Virus record (IMG/VR): IMGVR_UViG_3300042691_029887
Span: 10,845-74,844 of that record
Direction: 5' to 3' (one strand)
DNA length: 64,000 nucleotides
Origin: a virus
Taxonomy: Duplodnaviria > Heunggongvirae > Uroviricota > Caudoviricetes
A program made the translations under genes and the position numbers. Positions 10,249 through 20,363 of this stretch are shown piece by piece. Positions within the stretch are counted from its first letter, which is position 1, and each line of letters starts with the position of its first letter. Below the pieces are notes generated by a model. That model was not told the DNA's origin and made no database searches. It was given only the letters and a program-made list of their open reading frames with translations.

Positions 10249-10431
10249 TCATTCTTCAACTCCGAAATCTTTTTTAAGTATGTTCCACACATTCCATTTG
10301 TCATGATGAATATAAGCACCTGCTACCATCAGCATATTATGTGCGTGGTCAATGTCATGAGGCATTACTACCTTTCGACCTTCATATAGGTCTTGCAGTT
10401 TTGCTTCGAGTTCTTGAATTCGTTCGTTCAT
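10249..10431 (-). CDS. small protein, MNERI...FGVEE family member 2
   Basis: 60 aa; MNERIQELEAKL...FGVEE. Confidence 0.5.
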   Translation of the reverse strand: MNERIQELEAKLQDLYEGRKVVMPHDIDHAHNMLMVAGAYIHHDKWNVWNILKKDFGVEE

Positions 10432-10850
10432 AGTGCAACTTCTTCTCGAGCGTGAGCATCGCAGGCAGTGTAGATCCAGCTACGACCTCTCCTGGTACCA
10501 GGAGCACCGCATTCTTCACAAGTGACAGCACTCATTGATTCAGCCATACGTATCATACCATCGATTCGATCATCACCGCCGTTGGTGTAAAATCTCAGTG
10601 TGCCAAACTTTTCTTTGATCTGCACAGCCACAACCTGTGAACAGCCTTCGCCTCGTCCATACTTTTCTTTCTGTTCCTGCGCCCAATCTATATGATGTTG
10701 TATGTTGGCACAGAGTTGGTTGATAATATTATACCAACCATCCCCGCACTCAAAGCCCCAACACATTAACGTTTCTTTTGGATCACCGTGACGATTAACA
10801 AAAATCTTGGGATAACGTTGGCACAACAGGTCGTCTAGTTCTGGTTTCAT
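10428..10850 (-). CDS. hypothetical Cys-rich protein
   Basis: 140 aa; CWGFECGDGW and CEECGAPG Cys motifs, possibly metal-binding. Confidence 0.5.
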   Translation of the reverse strand: MKPELDDLLCQRYPKIFVNRHGDPKETLMCWGFECGDGWYNIINQLCANIQHHIDWAQEQKEKYGRGEGCSQVVAVQIKEKFGTLRFYTNGGDDRIDGMIRMAESMSAVTCEECGAPGTRRGRSWIYTACDAHAREEVAL

Positions 10851-11050
10851 TCCTCAACTCCAAAATTGTCTTTAATCTTATCGATACAATCATCAGCACC
10901 TGCAAGGTCAACTTCATCACAAAGTCGGATACATTCTTTAACAATCAACTCGGCGAACTTTTCTGGGTCAAACCCTATCAACTTCATTGCGGCTTTGTTA
11001 ATTTCATCGTAGCCAGCGACTTTGGCTAGGGTCTTAATTCGTTCGTTCAT
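10847..11050 (-). CDS. small protein, MNERI...FGVEE family member 3
   Basis: 67 aa; MNERIKTLAK..FAELIVKEC..NFGVEE. Confidence 0.55.
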   Translation of the reverse strand: MNERIKTLAKVAGYDEINKAAMKLIGFDPEKFAELIVKECIRLCDEVDLAGADDCIDKIKDNFGVEE

Positions 11051-11304
11051 TCTTCAACTCCGAAATGTTCTTTCATACGCTGATTAATAGTGTGAGCAGT
11101 ATGCACTGGTTCTATCGCATAGTTATTCATCTTGCCAACCCAAGTAGAACACGCCATACATTCCCTAACAATCAACTCGGCGAACTTTGTATCATATGAT
11201 GCTGAATACACTTTCAATGCTTGTTCTTTGTCTGTGATTTTAATCATAGCATCAAGAGCATACTTTTTAGCCTGTTCAGCAAGTTCTCGAATTCGTTGGT
11301 TCAT
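11047..11304 (-). CDS. small protein, MNERI...FGVEE family member 4
   Basis: Start placed at MNQRIRELAEQ (ATGA overlap with the upstream gene); FAELIVREC...HFGVEE. Confidence 0.5.
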   Translation of the reverse strand: MNQRIRELAEQAKKYALDAMIKITDKEQALKVYSASYDTKFAELIVRECMACSTWVGKMNNYAIEPVHTAHTINQRMKEHFGVEE

Positions 11305-11507
11305 ACTGGATAATCCATCCCAAAGTGTATATCCTGTAGGCACTTGGCCGCATCGTCGTAGCCATTGCTACGCAAGGTCCGTATGCAGTCCTGGATGATT
11401 AGTGTGTTGAACTTCTGTGTATCAAAATGTAGATGCCCGTCAATCAGTGCTCCGTCAATATAGTGACTCCAGCATTGTTTTTCAAGCTCTTTAATTCGTT
11501 CGTTCAT
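11301..11507 (-). CDS. small protein, MNERI family member 5 (divergent C-terminus)
   Basis: 68 aa; MNERIKELEKQ N-terminus. Confidence 0.45.
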   Translation of the reverse strand: MNERIKELEKQCWSHYIDGALIDGHLHFDTQKFNTLIIQDCIRTLRSNGYDDAAKCLQDIHFGMDYPV

Positions 11508-11959
11508 ACAATCTTACCCAATCCTAACCAAATCAATTGATCCAATTCTACTTGATAATCCTTGCCTAGTCTACGTTTCTCATAGAGAGACATTAGAATG
11601 TCTTTACCATCGCCATAGTCGGTGGTGCCAGCGCCACGGCTTTCCAATTCTTCAATTAGATCGTCTGTGTCGAAGTCGCTGAGATCAACATCAACTTCGA
11701 ATTCTTTGTAAACTGTCTTATACATTTTCTTCCTTTCCTTTTAAAAGGAACCTATGCAAGTCCTCTATTCGTTCTTGGAAAACATCCGGGGCACTTTCTG
11801 AGGCACGATTCATATCCCAATCGCTTGGGTAATGCCGCAACATATTTCGAGCAGTCTCTCTAATGAGCTTAGGTACTCTGGGAGTATGTTGAGGATTGCA
11901 TAAATCTAATAAAAATCTGCGAGTTTGTACTACAGCACGATATCTTTCATCTGGTAATG

Positions 11960-13180
11960 TCATTTATAAACTTTCAAAATTACAACATCTTCATTGAAGC
12001 GACCATTGAGTTTGATTTCTGTAGTCTTTACTTCTTTCTCAAACCAAGTTTGACTACGCTTTTGTGTATTCATATCTTTGAACGCTTTCAGTTGTTCTGC
12101 AGGCTTACGCAAAGTCTTTTGTACACTCTTGTCAGTGAAATTAGTAACAGTAGTACCTTTGACTCCAAACCCTTCGCTGTTCAGTGCAATATACTGTCCA
12201 AACTTACGAGTTTTAGTGTTGTATACATACATAGCCTGAGCACCAATGATCTGTGCAGGTGGCACTGACACAATACCAAGACTGTCATCTGTTTTACAGA
12301 ACTTCAATCGCTTGATCAAATCTTCTGCAGGCTTGACTTTTTTAGCACGTGGCTTTTTATTGAGTTTAGCTTCAGCACCAATCTGCTCACAAGCATCCAT
12401 AATAGCTTGATAAAACTCCATCAGCTTTCGAATATTCTTACGAGCCACATGACTGTAGGCTTCTCGGAGTTGATCATCCGCTTCACCACTGGCAAGCTCC
12501 GTGAGTTCATTTTGACCAAACGTATAAAATCCTTTGATCATTCGAGCATGTGCAGGTTTCACACCTTTACCACGCAACAGACTAGCAACTTTGAACGCTT
12601 TGGGGTCAAAGCCTTCAGGGTCAGTAATCCAAGTGTCAATAGCAACATCTAGTTCTTCTGTCATGTTGCCTGCGGCTTCACGTAGACGATCTTGTATGCT
12701 GGGAACATATACTTCAACTTTAACTTTTTGTTTTTCAGCTTCTACAAGCTCTTCGTCAATATCAAGACCGCCTTCTTCGATAGCCTTTTGAATAGCATTG
12801 CGCAACCACTCTGCACTGTTACGACCTTCGTTAAAATCTTTACGAACCTCAGGCATACCACGAAGCAAACATGCGGCGAGACCGCCCATAGTACTATTAC
12901 AACGATGGTCTTTGGTTTTCTTAAAAGATTTGATAACATCTTTATCGTAACCAACTTTGCCCATCCAATCAATTACTTTGGGCTTGAGATCCTTACTGCT
13001 GAATTCTAAACGATAGAATTCCATAGCACGACGCCAATGTATGTTAAACTCGTCACTGGTCATTTTATCACAGTCATCCCAACGTGGGCTGTTATCACGC
13101 TTGGAACTTGCGCGATGTTCTGCTACCATAGATTTAGTAACACGGGTTTTCTTAACAGTTTTAGTGGCGGTACGTGCCAT
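11960..13180 (-). CDS. hypothetical protein
   Basis: 406 aa, basic N-terminus; no motif recognised. Confidence 0.5.
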   Translation of the reverse strand: MARTATKTVKKTRVTKSMVAEHRASSKRDNSPRWDDCDKMTSDEFNIHWRRAMEFYRLEFSSKDLKPKVIDWMGKVGYDKDVIKSFKKTKDHRCNSTMGGLAACLLRGMPEVRKDFNEGRNSAEWLRNAIQKAIEEGGLDIDEELVEAEKQKVKVEVYVPSIQDRLREAAGNMTEELDVAIDTWITDPEGFDPKAFKVASLLRGKGVKPAHARMIKGFYTFGQNELTELASGEADDQLREAYSHVARKNIRKLMEFYQAIMDACEQIGAEAKLNKKPRAKKVKPAEDLIKRLKFCKTDDSLGIVSVPPAQIIGAQAMYVYNTKTRKFGQYIALNSEGFGVKGTTVTNFTDKSVQKTLRKPAEQLKAFKDMNTQKRSQTWFEKEVKTTEIKLNGRFNEDVVILKVYK

Positions 13181-13256
13181 TTCAAGCTCCTTTGTTTAAC
13201 AGTATGTATATATTATAAAGCCAGAATGGTAGAAAGTCAACCATTGATTTTACCGA

Positions 13257-13820
13257 TTATTCAAATTTAACCCAATCTCCGTCAGGGGAGATGCCCCACC
13301 CAAGACTCTGAAGATCTATACGAATTTCTTCAGTAATACATCCTTCTGGAACGTAGCCAGTTTTGGTTTGCCATTCTTGGAAAGTCTCTTCATCTTTATT
13401 CCATCCACCCGCAAGCCCGCCCATACCGCTACAATACCAATCAATGTAGTCACCTTTTTCCAGCATATCTGCTACAATTCCTCCGGCATACCTCCAACTG
13501 ACTCCCCACTCTTCTTCCTTTAAAATAGGAATAACTTCTAATTTTATGAATCCATTATTACACATGGCTGCATATAAATTTTGAGCATACGAATCTCTTG
13601 ATCGAACTTTTTCTAAAATCCAGTCAGTAGTCAATAGATCATATTCCATATTGTTAACACGACTTTGGGGATCGTTAAACTTATTATTATGTTCTTCTAA
13701 AACTTGTTCAAACCAATCAAGATAATTTTCGTTGACGGGTTCTCCCTTTTCTTCCTGTCGTTTAACATATCCCTCTTTTTGGAAGGTATGACGTTCTGGG
13801 CTTTTTGATACTTTAGTCAT
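13257..13820 (-). CDS. hypothetical protein
   Basis: 187 aa. Confidence 0.45.
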   Translation of the reverse strand: MTKVSKSPERHTFQKEGYVKRQEEKGEPVNENYLDWFEQVLEEHNNKFNDPQSRVNNMEYDLLTTDWILEKVRSRDSYAQNLYAAMCNNGFIKLEVIPILKEEEWGVSWRYAGGIVADMLEKGDYIDWYCSGMGGLAGGWNKDEETFQEWQTKTGYVPEGCITEEIRIDLQSLGWGISPDGDWVKFE

Positions 13821-14722
13821 TGGTCAGGGTTTACAGCGAGGCCACGCCATTCTTTAATTTTTAATTCTTCAGTTTCGGGAACATCATCATGCCAGTTACC
13901 GATCCATCGAGATCCAGTCCACTTAGCTTGATGTGTATAACTACTCTTTCCAGGAGTTTTAATTTCGTAAAGTCCTTCTTTCGCTGGTTTAATTTTTTTA
14001 GAGAACCAAGGAGTCATCTCATACTCGATACTGTCCATGTCTTTGTACATTTCCCATTTGCTGTCTTTTTGTGATCCAGCAATATAGAAACCAAAGTCTG
14101 AACTCTTACCGTTGGTACCACCACCGTTGTTATCAACATCCTCACCGTCGTATGTGACTGCATTTACAATTTCGTTACCGTCAATCTCGTCGTAATTGAG
14201 ACATAACTTAGAAGGATCAAAAGGTTGCTTCAATTCAATTTCGCCTTCGAAGAAGGTTCCCTTTTCATTGCTAACACCGATGAACACTACTGTACCTGGT
14301 GGTTGTGAATTAATCCAAACTTCATCACCACCTTGCCATTCGGGACTATCATCACTATAACCGTCAATGTCCTCTAGACTGCGTTCATATATGGTATTTC
14401 CGTTCTCGTCACATATTTGTAGTGTTCCAGCGTTACGGTCAACACCGCTCGCATGTCCCATATTATCACACTCGTACCAACTGCCAGGAGGAAATGGCCA
14501 CATATTTTCAGGAATATTATTTTGCTCTGCGTAGTCAGTATCCCAAGCAAAATCACTTACACTGAGCCTTCTATGTTTAAAATAATCATAAATTTCTCGA
14601 GTAACTGTTCCCATAACATATTCACCACCATAACCCCACATTTGTAAAGAATATGTGCAGGGAGTAAATTTTAAAATGTCAATTAGTTCTTGTTTTTCTT
14701 TATTAGTAGCCATTATACACAA
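13817..14722 (-). CDS. hypothetical protein
   Basis: 301 aa, 4-nt overlap with the downstream gene. Confidence 0.45.
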   Translation of the reverse strand: MCIMATNKEKQELIDILKFTPCTYSLQMWGYGGEYVMGTVTREIYDYFKHRRLSVSDFAWDTDYAEQNNIPENMWPFPPGSWYECDNMGHASGVDRNAGTLQICDENGNTIYERSLEDIDGYSDDSPEWQGGDEVWINSQPPGTVVFIGVSNEKGTFFEGEIELKQPFDPSKLCLNYDEIDGNEIVNAVTYDGEDVDNNGGGTNGKSSDFGFYIAGSQKDSKWEMYKDMDSIEYEMTPWFSKKIKPAKEGLYEIKTPGKSSYTHQAKWTGSRWIGNWHDDVPETEELKIKEWRGLAVNPDQ

Positions 14723-15102
14723 TCTCCTTCTTGAGCTGCCTTAATTGTTTGAGATCTTTCTTTGGAAGTTTGTTTTTGTTTTCGAAATTGTTCAACATCC
14801 TTGATAGCATTTTTTAAAGTTTCAGAATAATTATATGCGGTCTGTTGATTCATTGTCAACACAGTTTGATGTTCAAGATAACCTTTAGTTAACAAAGTCC
14901 AAATCTGTTTGAAGCGATTTGTAGACCACCAAGGTGATTTTACAGTAGCATATATGGTTACATTGACCCCAATGTCTTCGGCTTCCACCCAAAGATCGTG
15001 AACGTGATCATCGGCGCCGCAGTCGCATACCACATGATACATTTTGGTATCACCCCAATCATTCTTTTTAAGAATACCCTCTGCAGGTGTTTGGTTCTTC
15101 AA
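14713..15102 (-). CDS. hypothetical protein
   Basis: 129 aa. Confidence 0.4.
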   Translation of the reverse strand: MKNQTPAEGILKKNDWGDTKMYHVVCDCGADDHVHDLWVEAEDIGVNVTIYATVKSPWWSTNRFKQIWTLLTKGYLEHQTVLTMNQQTAYNYSETLKNAIKDVEQFRKQKQTSKERSQTIKAAQEGDCV

Positions 15103-15506
15103 TGGAAAACTCCTTGCTCTGGAAGTAATTTTTTAACATCATTTCTCATATTACTGATGCTGTCAATCATTTTATTGTATTCATTATCGTCCAACACTGT
15201 TCGATATATACTTAAAGATTGTGCTAATATAACAGCAGCCAACTCTAAAGGTTCATATTCTATTAATTTTTTTGAATGAAATACCCAATAGTCTTGATAG
15301 AGGCTGTCTAAATGGTCTTGCCCTTCGTTCTTTATTGTCATTATTTTTCCTTTTTTATTCGATATTTGAATTCTCTTCGAAGCCACCATTTAAATTTATT
15401 GAAATATTCTTTTTCAGTATATTTAGGTTCTCTAAGGTCAACATGCTCAAAACAGTTTTCTATCCATAGATTGTGTACCCAATTTCTAAATAAAGAATTT
15501 TTCATA

Positions 15507-16331
15507 TCATGTCCAAAGACTTTCACGAATTTTGATAAGACGAATCATCATTTCCTCATCTTCTTTGTTATATGCCGCTTCAATTTCATTGCTCTTATCC
15601 AAAGCAGTTCTGCACATTTCAGCTTCTTCCGGTGTTTTATCTTCCATGTCTAACAGATGATAACCTTTTTGTCTACGCATGTCGCAATATGCGCTCCAGC
15701 CACTAGCATCATGCGGGTCCGGACGTTTTGGATATACTTCCTTCCACCAAGTATAAAGCTCGATAATTTCTTTAGCAGCCTTGGCTTGATAAGTTGGTTC
15801 AGCTTCGTGCTTTTTATCATCGTCTAGGAATTCTTCGTTAGTTAGTGTTGCCGCCCAGCGTAGATATTCTAAGCCAGCTTCTGGGCAACGCCATGTACGC
15901 CAGCGCAACCAGCCCTTACGATACCAAGGTACATTGAACTTGGTCTTTGCTTCGTCGCTCCATATACAGTGATGCCAAGCCTGTTCTATCTCAATAAAAT
16001 CCACAAGCTCATTGAAAAGACAAGGTAAAAAACGATTGCCAACATCACACCAATTACCAGGTTGTATGTCTCGAGGATGGGCTGTAAGAGCATGGCTACG
16101 ACTAACCCAGCGGTTATTAATATAATAGCGAACATCATTAATCCTTTCAGGTATCCAACACCATACAGTTTGAATTTTATCCAAACCTTCTTCAGCTACC
16201 CACCAACGGATAGGGTATTTGGCTTTAGCAGCCTTTTCCCATTCTGCCCATTCTTTTCCAGTACCACATTTTAATTTAGTAGTACCTCGAATCCAATCAG
16301 CGAAGGGAGAACAAGTCCAGTAATTACGCAT
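15507..16331 (-). CDS. hypothetical Trp-rich protein
   Basis: 274 aa. Confidence 0.45.
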   Translation of the reverse strand: MRNYWTCSPFADWIRGTTKLKCGTGKEWAEWEKAAKAKYPIRWWVAEEGLDKIQTVWCWIPERINDVRYYINNRWVSRSHALTAHPRDIQPGNWCDVGNRFLPCLFNELVDFIEIEQAWHHCIWSDEAKTKFNVPWYRKGWLRWRTWRCPEAGLEYLRWAATLTNEEFLDDDKKHEAEPTYQAKAAKEIIELYTWWKEVYPKRPDPHDASGWSAYCDMRRQKGYHLLDMEDKTPEEAEMCRTALDKSNEIEAAYNKEDEEMMIRLIKIRESLWT

Positions 16332-16589
16332 TTTATCTTCCTACTTTTATGTTTATAATTTTTGGTCCAGGAGTTTTGAATTCTAGTCCAGCACTCCTTC
16401 CAATGTATTCTTCACTCCATTCATCAAAATGCATGGTAAGTTTAATTGCTTTATTAATGCTTACCTGACAGATATCCCCTTCTTTAAAATCTAGAACATC
16501 TGCAGTCATTTTTCTGCCATTATCTATACAAGTAACTTCACAAACATCATCAATACGTTGATTCATTTTAACTCCTGTGTTAAAGCAGT

Positions 16590-16676
16590 TGGTGCCCGGA
16601 GCCGGAATCGAACCGGCACGCCCTTTCGAGCGAGAGATTTTAAGTCTCTTGTGTCTACCTATTTCACCATCCGGGC
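16590..16676 (-). tRNA. tRNA-Leu(TAA), type II with long variable arm, CCA encoded
   Basis: Acceptor GCCCGGA/TCCGGGC; anticodon arm AGAGA-CTTAAAA-TCTCT; T-arm CCGGTTCGATTCCGG; 3' ACCA. Confidence 0.85.
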
Positions 16677-16730
16677 AGTAAGTTACATTAAATTATAGTG
16701 TCAATGTTTTTGTTAGTCAAGAATTATTTT

Positions 16731-16822
16731 TGGTACCTCGGGCGGGAGTCGAACCCACATTGGCCAATTATCTGTTGCACACGGGATATAAATCCGCTGT
16801 TTTACCGTTAAACTACCGAGGT
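16731..16822 (-). tRNA. tRNA-like gene, ~92 nt, long variable region, anticodon uncertain (loop TTTATAT, possibly Ile-UAU type); unusual A1-U72 start
   Basis: Perfect 7-bp acceptor ACCTCGG/CCGAGGT + ACCA; D-arm GTTT-AACGGTA-AAAC; T-arm GTGGG-TTCGACT-CCCGC; the anticodon stem has a mismatch and there is a 22-nt variable segment. Confidence 0.55.
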
Positions 16823-16934
16823 GCAAATTTAAATTAGCGTATTCGTATTCGAGGTGATAATCGTGAAGAAACGACCTGCGACTGTGCAGTCTGGAAATTA
16901 TCTAATTTGATAACGGTCGTTTTCATAAATTTAT

Positions 16935-17558
16935 TTATCTTTCTTTTTCTACTTCAGGTAGAACTTTAATGATCTTCTTCAACAATCTTTTTATGGTAGG
17001 GTTATTTGTCCCACCAAATAAATTCATATAAGCCCAAAGATTTACGCTCTGTTCAATAGTTATTTTACTAGCATCAGCTAATAATGTCAATACATTTTGA
17101 GCATCTGTGTAATCCAAAAGTTCATTAGCAATATTGTAACTATAGGCATCAATTTCATCTTTATTACTTAGATATGAAATTGGGTCATCTACGTTTACAT
17201 TATATGTATCTTCCCAAAATCTACTTCTATATTGTCTTTGATGTATCTGTTCATGACTTATTGTATCACATAGTCTTTTGATTACATTACTGAACAGTTC
17301 ATCGTCAAAAATAAGAGTCTTATCTAATGGGTTGAAGACAAAATAAACCTGAATACAAGGTCTATTCATGCTATCTAATTCATAGTCATAATATGCTGAG
17401 AAATTAAGATCTCCGATATCAACTTCATTAGCATCGCATGTAAGTATATCTGCTCGAAACGTTTCAGATATTGGTTTTCCGATTATTTCTGCTATTTCAT
17501 TTTTAGTTCTAGGTACCCCAATTAAATCTTTTTTTAGATTTAACATTAGGTCATGCAT
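16935..17558 (-). CDS. hypothetical protein with HExxH motif (possible zinc metallopeptidase-like)
   Basis: Start chosen at MHDLMLNL giving ATG/TGA coupling with the upstream ORF; motif TISHEQIHQRQ. Confidence 0.4.
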   Translation of the reverse strand: MHDLMLNLKKDLIGVPRTKNEIAEIIGKPISETFRADILTCDANEVDIGDLNFSAYYDYELDSMNRPCIQVYFVFNPLDKTLIFDDELFSNVIKRLCDTISHEQIHQRQYRSRFWEDTYNVNVDDPISYLSNKDEIDAYSYNIANELLDYTDAQNVLTLLADASKITIEQSVNLWAYMNLFGGTNNPTIKRLLKKIIKVLPEVEKER

Positions 17559-17757
17559 CTGTTTCCGAGTTACCGGCTTCGTCGACCACTTTTTTTTCGA
17601 GCGTGAACGTGCCATTTTTGTTATCCTTCCAAAGGATTGTGTCCCCAATTTTCCAGCCAATTTCTTCAAGCATCTCATCTGTAAATTGGATGTAGTAATC
17701 ATCCGTTTCTTCTTCGTATTTAACTTCCAGACTATAACTCTTATTCATGAATGACAT
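17551..17757 (-). CDS. small acidic hypothetical protein
   Basis: 68 aa. Confidence 0.4.
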   Translation of the reverse strand: MSFMNKSYSLEVKYEEETDDYYIQFTDEMLEEIGWKIGDTILWKDNKNGTFTLEKKVVDEAGNSETDA

Positions 17758-17993
17758 CTACTTTTTGAACATTAGCAACTCTAAACGAACGCCATTGTTT
17801 TTTGTCCATGCACCAAACACTGATGACATCTTGATTAACAGGTTTATCGTCTTTGGCATCTTTTTCAACCAATACAGGAAGTTCTGATTCCAATAAAGTG
17901 CAAGGCATTACTCTAACTTCACCATTGACTTTAGTAAATGTTACCTCACAAATATTGTTTTTGAGCAAAGAACTCAATTGATTATAATCTAGT

Positions 17994-18404
17994 TTATCCA
18001 TCAACATTTTCCTTATGTAAATTAAACCAAGAAAGAACTTCCCATCCGTCGTATTCTTTCATAGAAATCAAATGCTGTGAAAGAAGTCTTGACAGCATAC
18101 TATAATGTCCACTGGCGGTGGAAACACTTTCTAAAATTTCATCCCAATTTCGATGACCAAATGCTCCGGAATGATATGCTATACTAAATTCCTTCCAAGC
18201 ACGATCTTTCATAGTAGGTGTGGCCCAAATTCCCAGATACTTTTCACAAGCAATCATCATTGCTTGATTTCTAGTCATGTAGATACCATTCCAAACTGCG
18301 AGATTACAGTCACTTGCTTTGTCAAAAAAGCATATAGGTCTAGGGTCTAGTAAACTCCAACTATGATACTTAGAAAGCAACGTCGTAGTCTGATTCTGTT
18401 CCAT
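17994..18404 (-). CDS. hypothetical protein
   Basis: 136 aa. Confidence 0.4.
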   Translation of the reverse strand: MEQNQTTTLLSKYHSWSLLDPRPICFFDKASDCNLAVWNGIYMTRNQAMMIACEKYLGIWATPTMKDRAWKEFSIAYHSGAFGHRNWDEILESVSTASGHYSMLSRLLSQHLISMKEYDGWEVLSWFNLHKENVDG

Positions 18405-19017
18405 TGAATTTCCAATTAAAGTTATGATGATTTTCGATAATGTTTTTCACCGTTTCACTTTTAGGTACATATCCATAAGTAACATATTTTATAAGTCGTT
18501 TTACAATATCTGAATGAGGATGTTCTTTGGTGAATTCTAAAACATGATCTTTGATATGTTGAGCAGTTTTCTCTCCTAATTCTAAGGAATGACCATCAGT
18601 GACTAACTGACATACTGTGATATCAAACTTATCAATGATTTCCTTAGCAGTTGAGAACCATTCTTTTCTAATTAATTGAACTCTCTTCAATGCACCGTTG
18701 TCAGAATGTACATGTAAGGTAATAGCATTGTCAGAGTTATAAACCATATTGGCTTTACCTTTTGACATCAATTCACCAAAACAAACATCGAATTGCTTTT
18801 GATCTTTAAAAAATACATCAATATCACTATCTTCGATAGACTGATTCTTATACCAATTTAGAACAGCACCACCGGCAATCCAAGGTCCTGTTTTCATGTT
18901 TGGGGATATAAATGTGACTACCGGTCTATCTAACTCATGTACAGTTTTAAGTTTATTAGTTGATTGCCCCCAATCCCCATTAAAATTAAAACCAGGAAGT
19001 CTGTTGGTCCAAGACAT
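18370..19017 (-). CDS. putative nucleotidyltransferase (pol-beta superfamily-like GG...DxD motif)
   Basis: Start placed at MSWTNRL; motif IAGGAVLNW-x9-DSDIDVFF resembles the hG[GS]...DhD NTase signature. Confidence 0.35.
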   Translation of the reverse strand: MSWTNRLPGFNFNGDWGQSTNKLKTVHELDRPVVTFISPNMKTGPWIAGGAVLNWYKNQSIEDSDIDVFFKDQKQFDVCFGELMSKGKANMVYNSDNAITLHVHSDNGALKRVQLIRKEWFSTAKEIIDKFDITVCQLVTDGHSLELGEKTAQHIKDHVLEFTKEHPHSDIVKRLIKYVTYGYVPKSETVKNIIENHHNFNWKFNGTESDYDVAF

Positions 19018-19018
19018 A

Positions 19019-19849
19019 TTACACCTCAAAACTAAAATTAGGATCGAAATTGTTTGCTTGCGTTTCGTAACCCATATACCCACGCGGGTTAGTAACAACT
19101 CGTGTGTCACCTATCATGTAATCGCAGGGATCATGCATGTGGCCATGACACCATACTTTGATCTGTGGATGATCTAAAATAAAATTTTCTAGATTACTAC
19201 GATAACCACCATTCATATAATAGTCTTTTTTGTAGCATTCATTGACGCTGAGTTCGCTTGGAGCGTGGTGAGTTATCACAACACACTTGTCATCCTTGTG
19301 ATTTTTTAACCACGCTGACATTATCGAAATTGTTTCGTGAAAAATACCTTTAGCATATTCTGGATTAAATTTGCTAGTATAATATCCATCATATTGGTTA
19401 CCGACTTTTACGCCATGCCCCATTTTAATCGAACCAGCAAAGTCACTCATAGCTTGTTTAAGATGATGCATACTGATAGGATCACCTTTGTTCATGTCAG
19501 TCCACATTGTAGCACCAAAAAAATGTACGTCGTCAATCTGAATTTCGTCATTCTCAAGCAGATGTACGTTGTCTGGCATTTCACGAAGCAAACGAGCGTG
19601 TGTGTCATGATAGGCATTCCTATAGTGTTCGTGGTTGCCTTTAACATACAGCACTTTTTGATATTTGATTAATTCTTCATTTATAAAACGTCGATACCTA
19701 TCAGCAATATCAGTGTTATGTTGAGCGTTATCTGCTTGGCGTAGATGACCTGCTTCCATTATATCACCTGCCATAATTAGAATATCCCCGCCAGGCATTT
19801 TTATGTCTGCGAAGTTTAGGTGCATGTCACTTACAAGATTTATTTTCAT
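19019..19849 (-). CDS. calcineurin-like metallophosphoesterase
   Basis: 276 aa; motifs VSDMH, MAGDI, VKGNHEH, CHGHMH characteristic of MPP superfamily phosphoesterases. Confidence 0.75.
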   Translation of the reverse strand: MKINLVSDMHLNFADIKMPGGDILIMAGDIMEAGHLRQADNAQHNTDIADRYRRFINEELIKYQKVLYVKGNHEHYRNAYHDTHARLLREMPDNVHLLENDEIQIDDVHFFGATMWTDMNKGDPISMHHLKQAMSDFAGSIKMGHGVKVGNQYDGYYTSKFNPEYAKGIFHETISIMSAWLKNHKDDKCVVITHHAPSELSVNECYKKDYYMNGGYRSNLENFILDHPQIKVWCHGHMHDPCDYMIGDTRVVTNPRGYMGYETQANNFDPNFSFEV

Positions 19850-19863
19850 ATTACTTCCAAATT

Positions 19864-19940
19864 TGGCCTGACCGGAGGGGCTCGAACCCCCGACCCACAG
19901 CTTAGAAGGCTGTTGCTCTATCCAACTGAGCTACGGTCAG
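19864..19940 (-). tRNA. tRNA-Arg(TCT), CCA encoded
   Basis: D-arm GCTC-AGTTGGATA-GAGC; anticodon arm ACAGC-CTTCTAA-GCTGT; T-arm GGGGG-TTCGAGC-CCCTC; acceptor CTGACCG/CGGTCAG. Confidence 0.88.
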
Positions 19941-20327
19941 AAAAATCAGTGCAGATTCGAAATGTTTCTTCGTAACGAAGATTTCGTAGCTTCGATATTT
20001 AACAGAGCTTTTCCAGTTAAAGAAATAGTATCTTTAGGATCGAGCCCAGTTAAATTATTAGATTCGGTCATTCCCAAATCTTCAAGTAGTTCTAAAACAG
20101 GGACTTCTTCTTTACCTTCCAATTTCTTTTGGTAAAGAATGTCCAAAATTAAACATTTAAGTTCAATAAGTGCGTTATCTATTGTGTCCATGCTATTATT
20201 ATAGCACCACGTTTTATTTAGAGCAAGTGGTAGTTTTTCCAATATACTCAAAAGGCAAATAATAGACGTGCAAAAAGTACTTGACAGATAAATCAAACCA
20301 AAAAAATGGATTCATAATTTTTTAAAC

Positions 20328-20354
20328 CACAAAAAAAGGGCACTTAAAGTGCCC
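20328..20354 (-). terminator. intrinsic terminator (GGGCAC-TTAAA-GTGCCC followed by TTTTTTT on the minus strand)
   Basis: GC-rich hairpin plus a 7-U tract immediately downstream of the minus-strand gene ending at 20364. Confidence 0.75.
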
Positions 20355-20363
20355 TTTGTAGTA

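Noticed and set aside
12407-13270. Several plus-strand ORFs (12407..12652, 12534..12791, 12692..13009, 13037..13270)
   Set aside because: All antisense to the 406-aa minus-strand gene, with low-complexity translations and no RBS.
16871-16926. Long hairpin (GAAACGACC...GGTCGTTTTC, 9-bp stem, 37-nt loop) between the HExxH gene and the tRNAs
   Set aside because: It has no U-tract on the transcribed strand, so it is not a convincing terminator; it may be a processing site, but the evidence is too thin to call.
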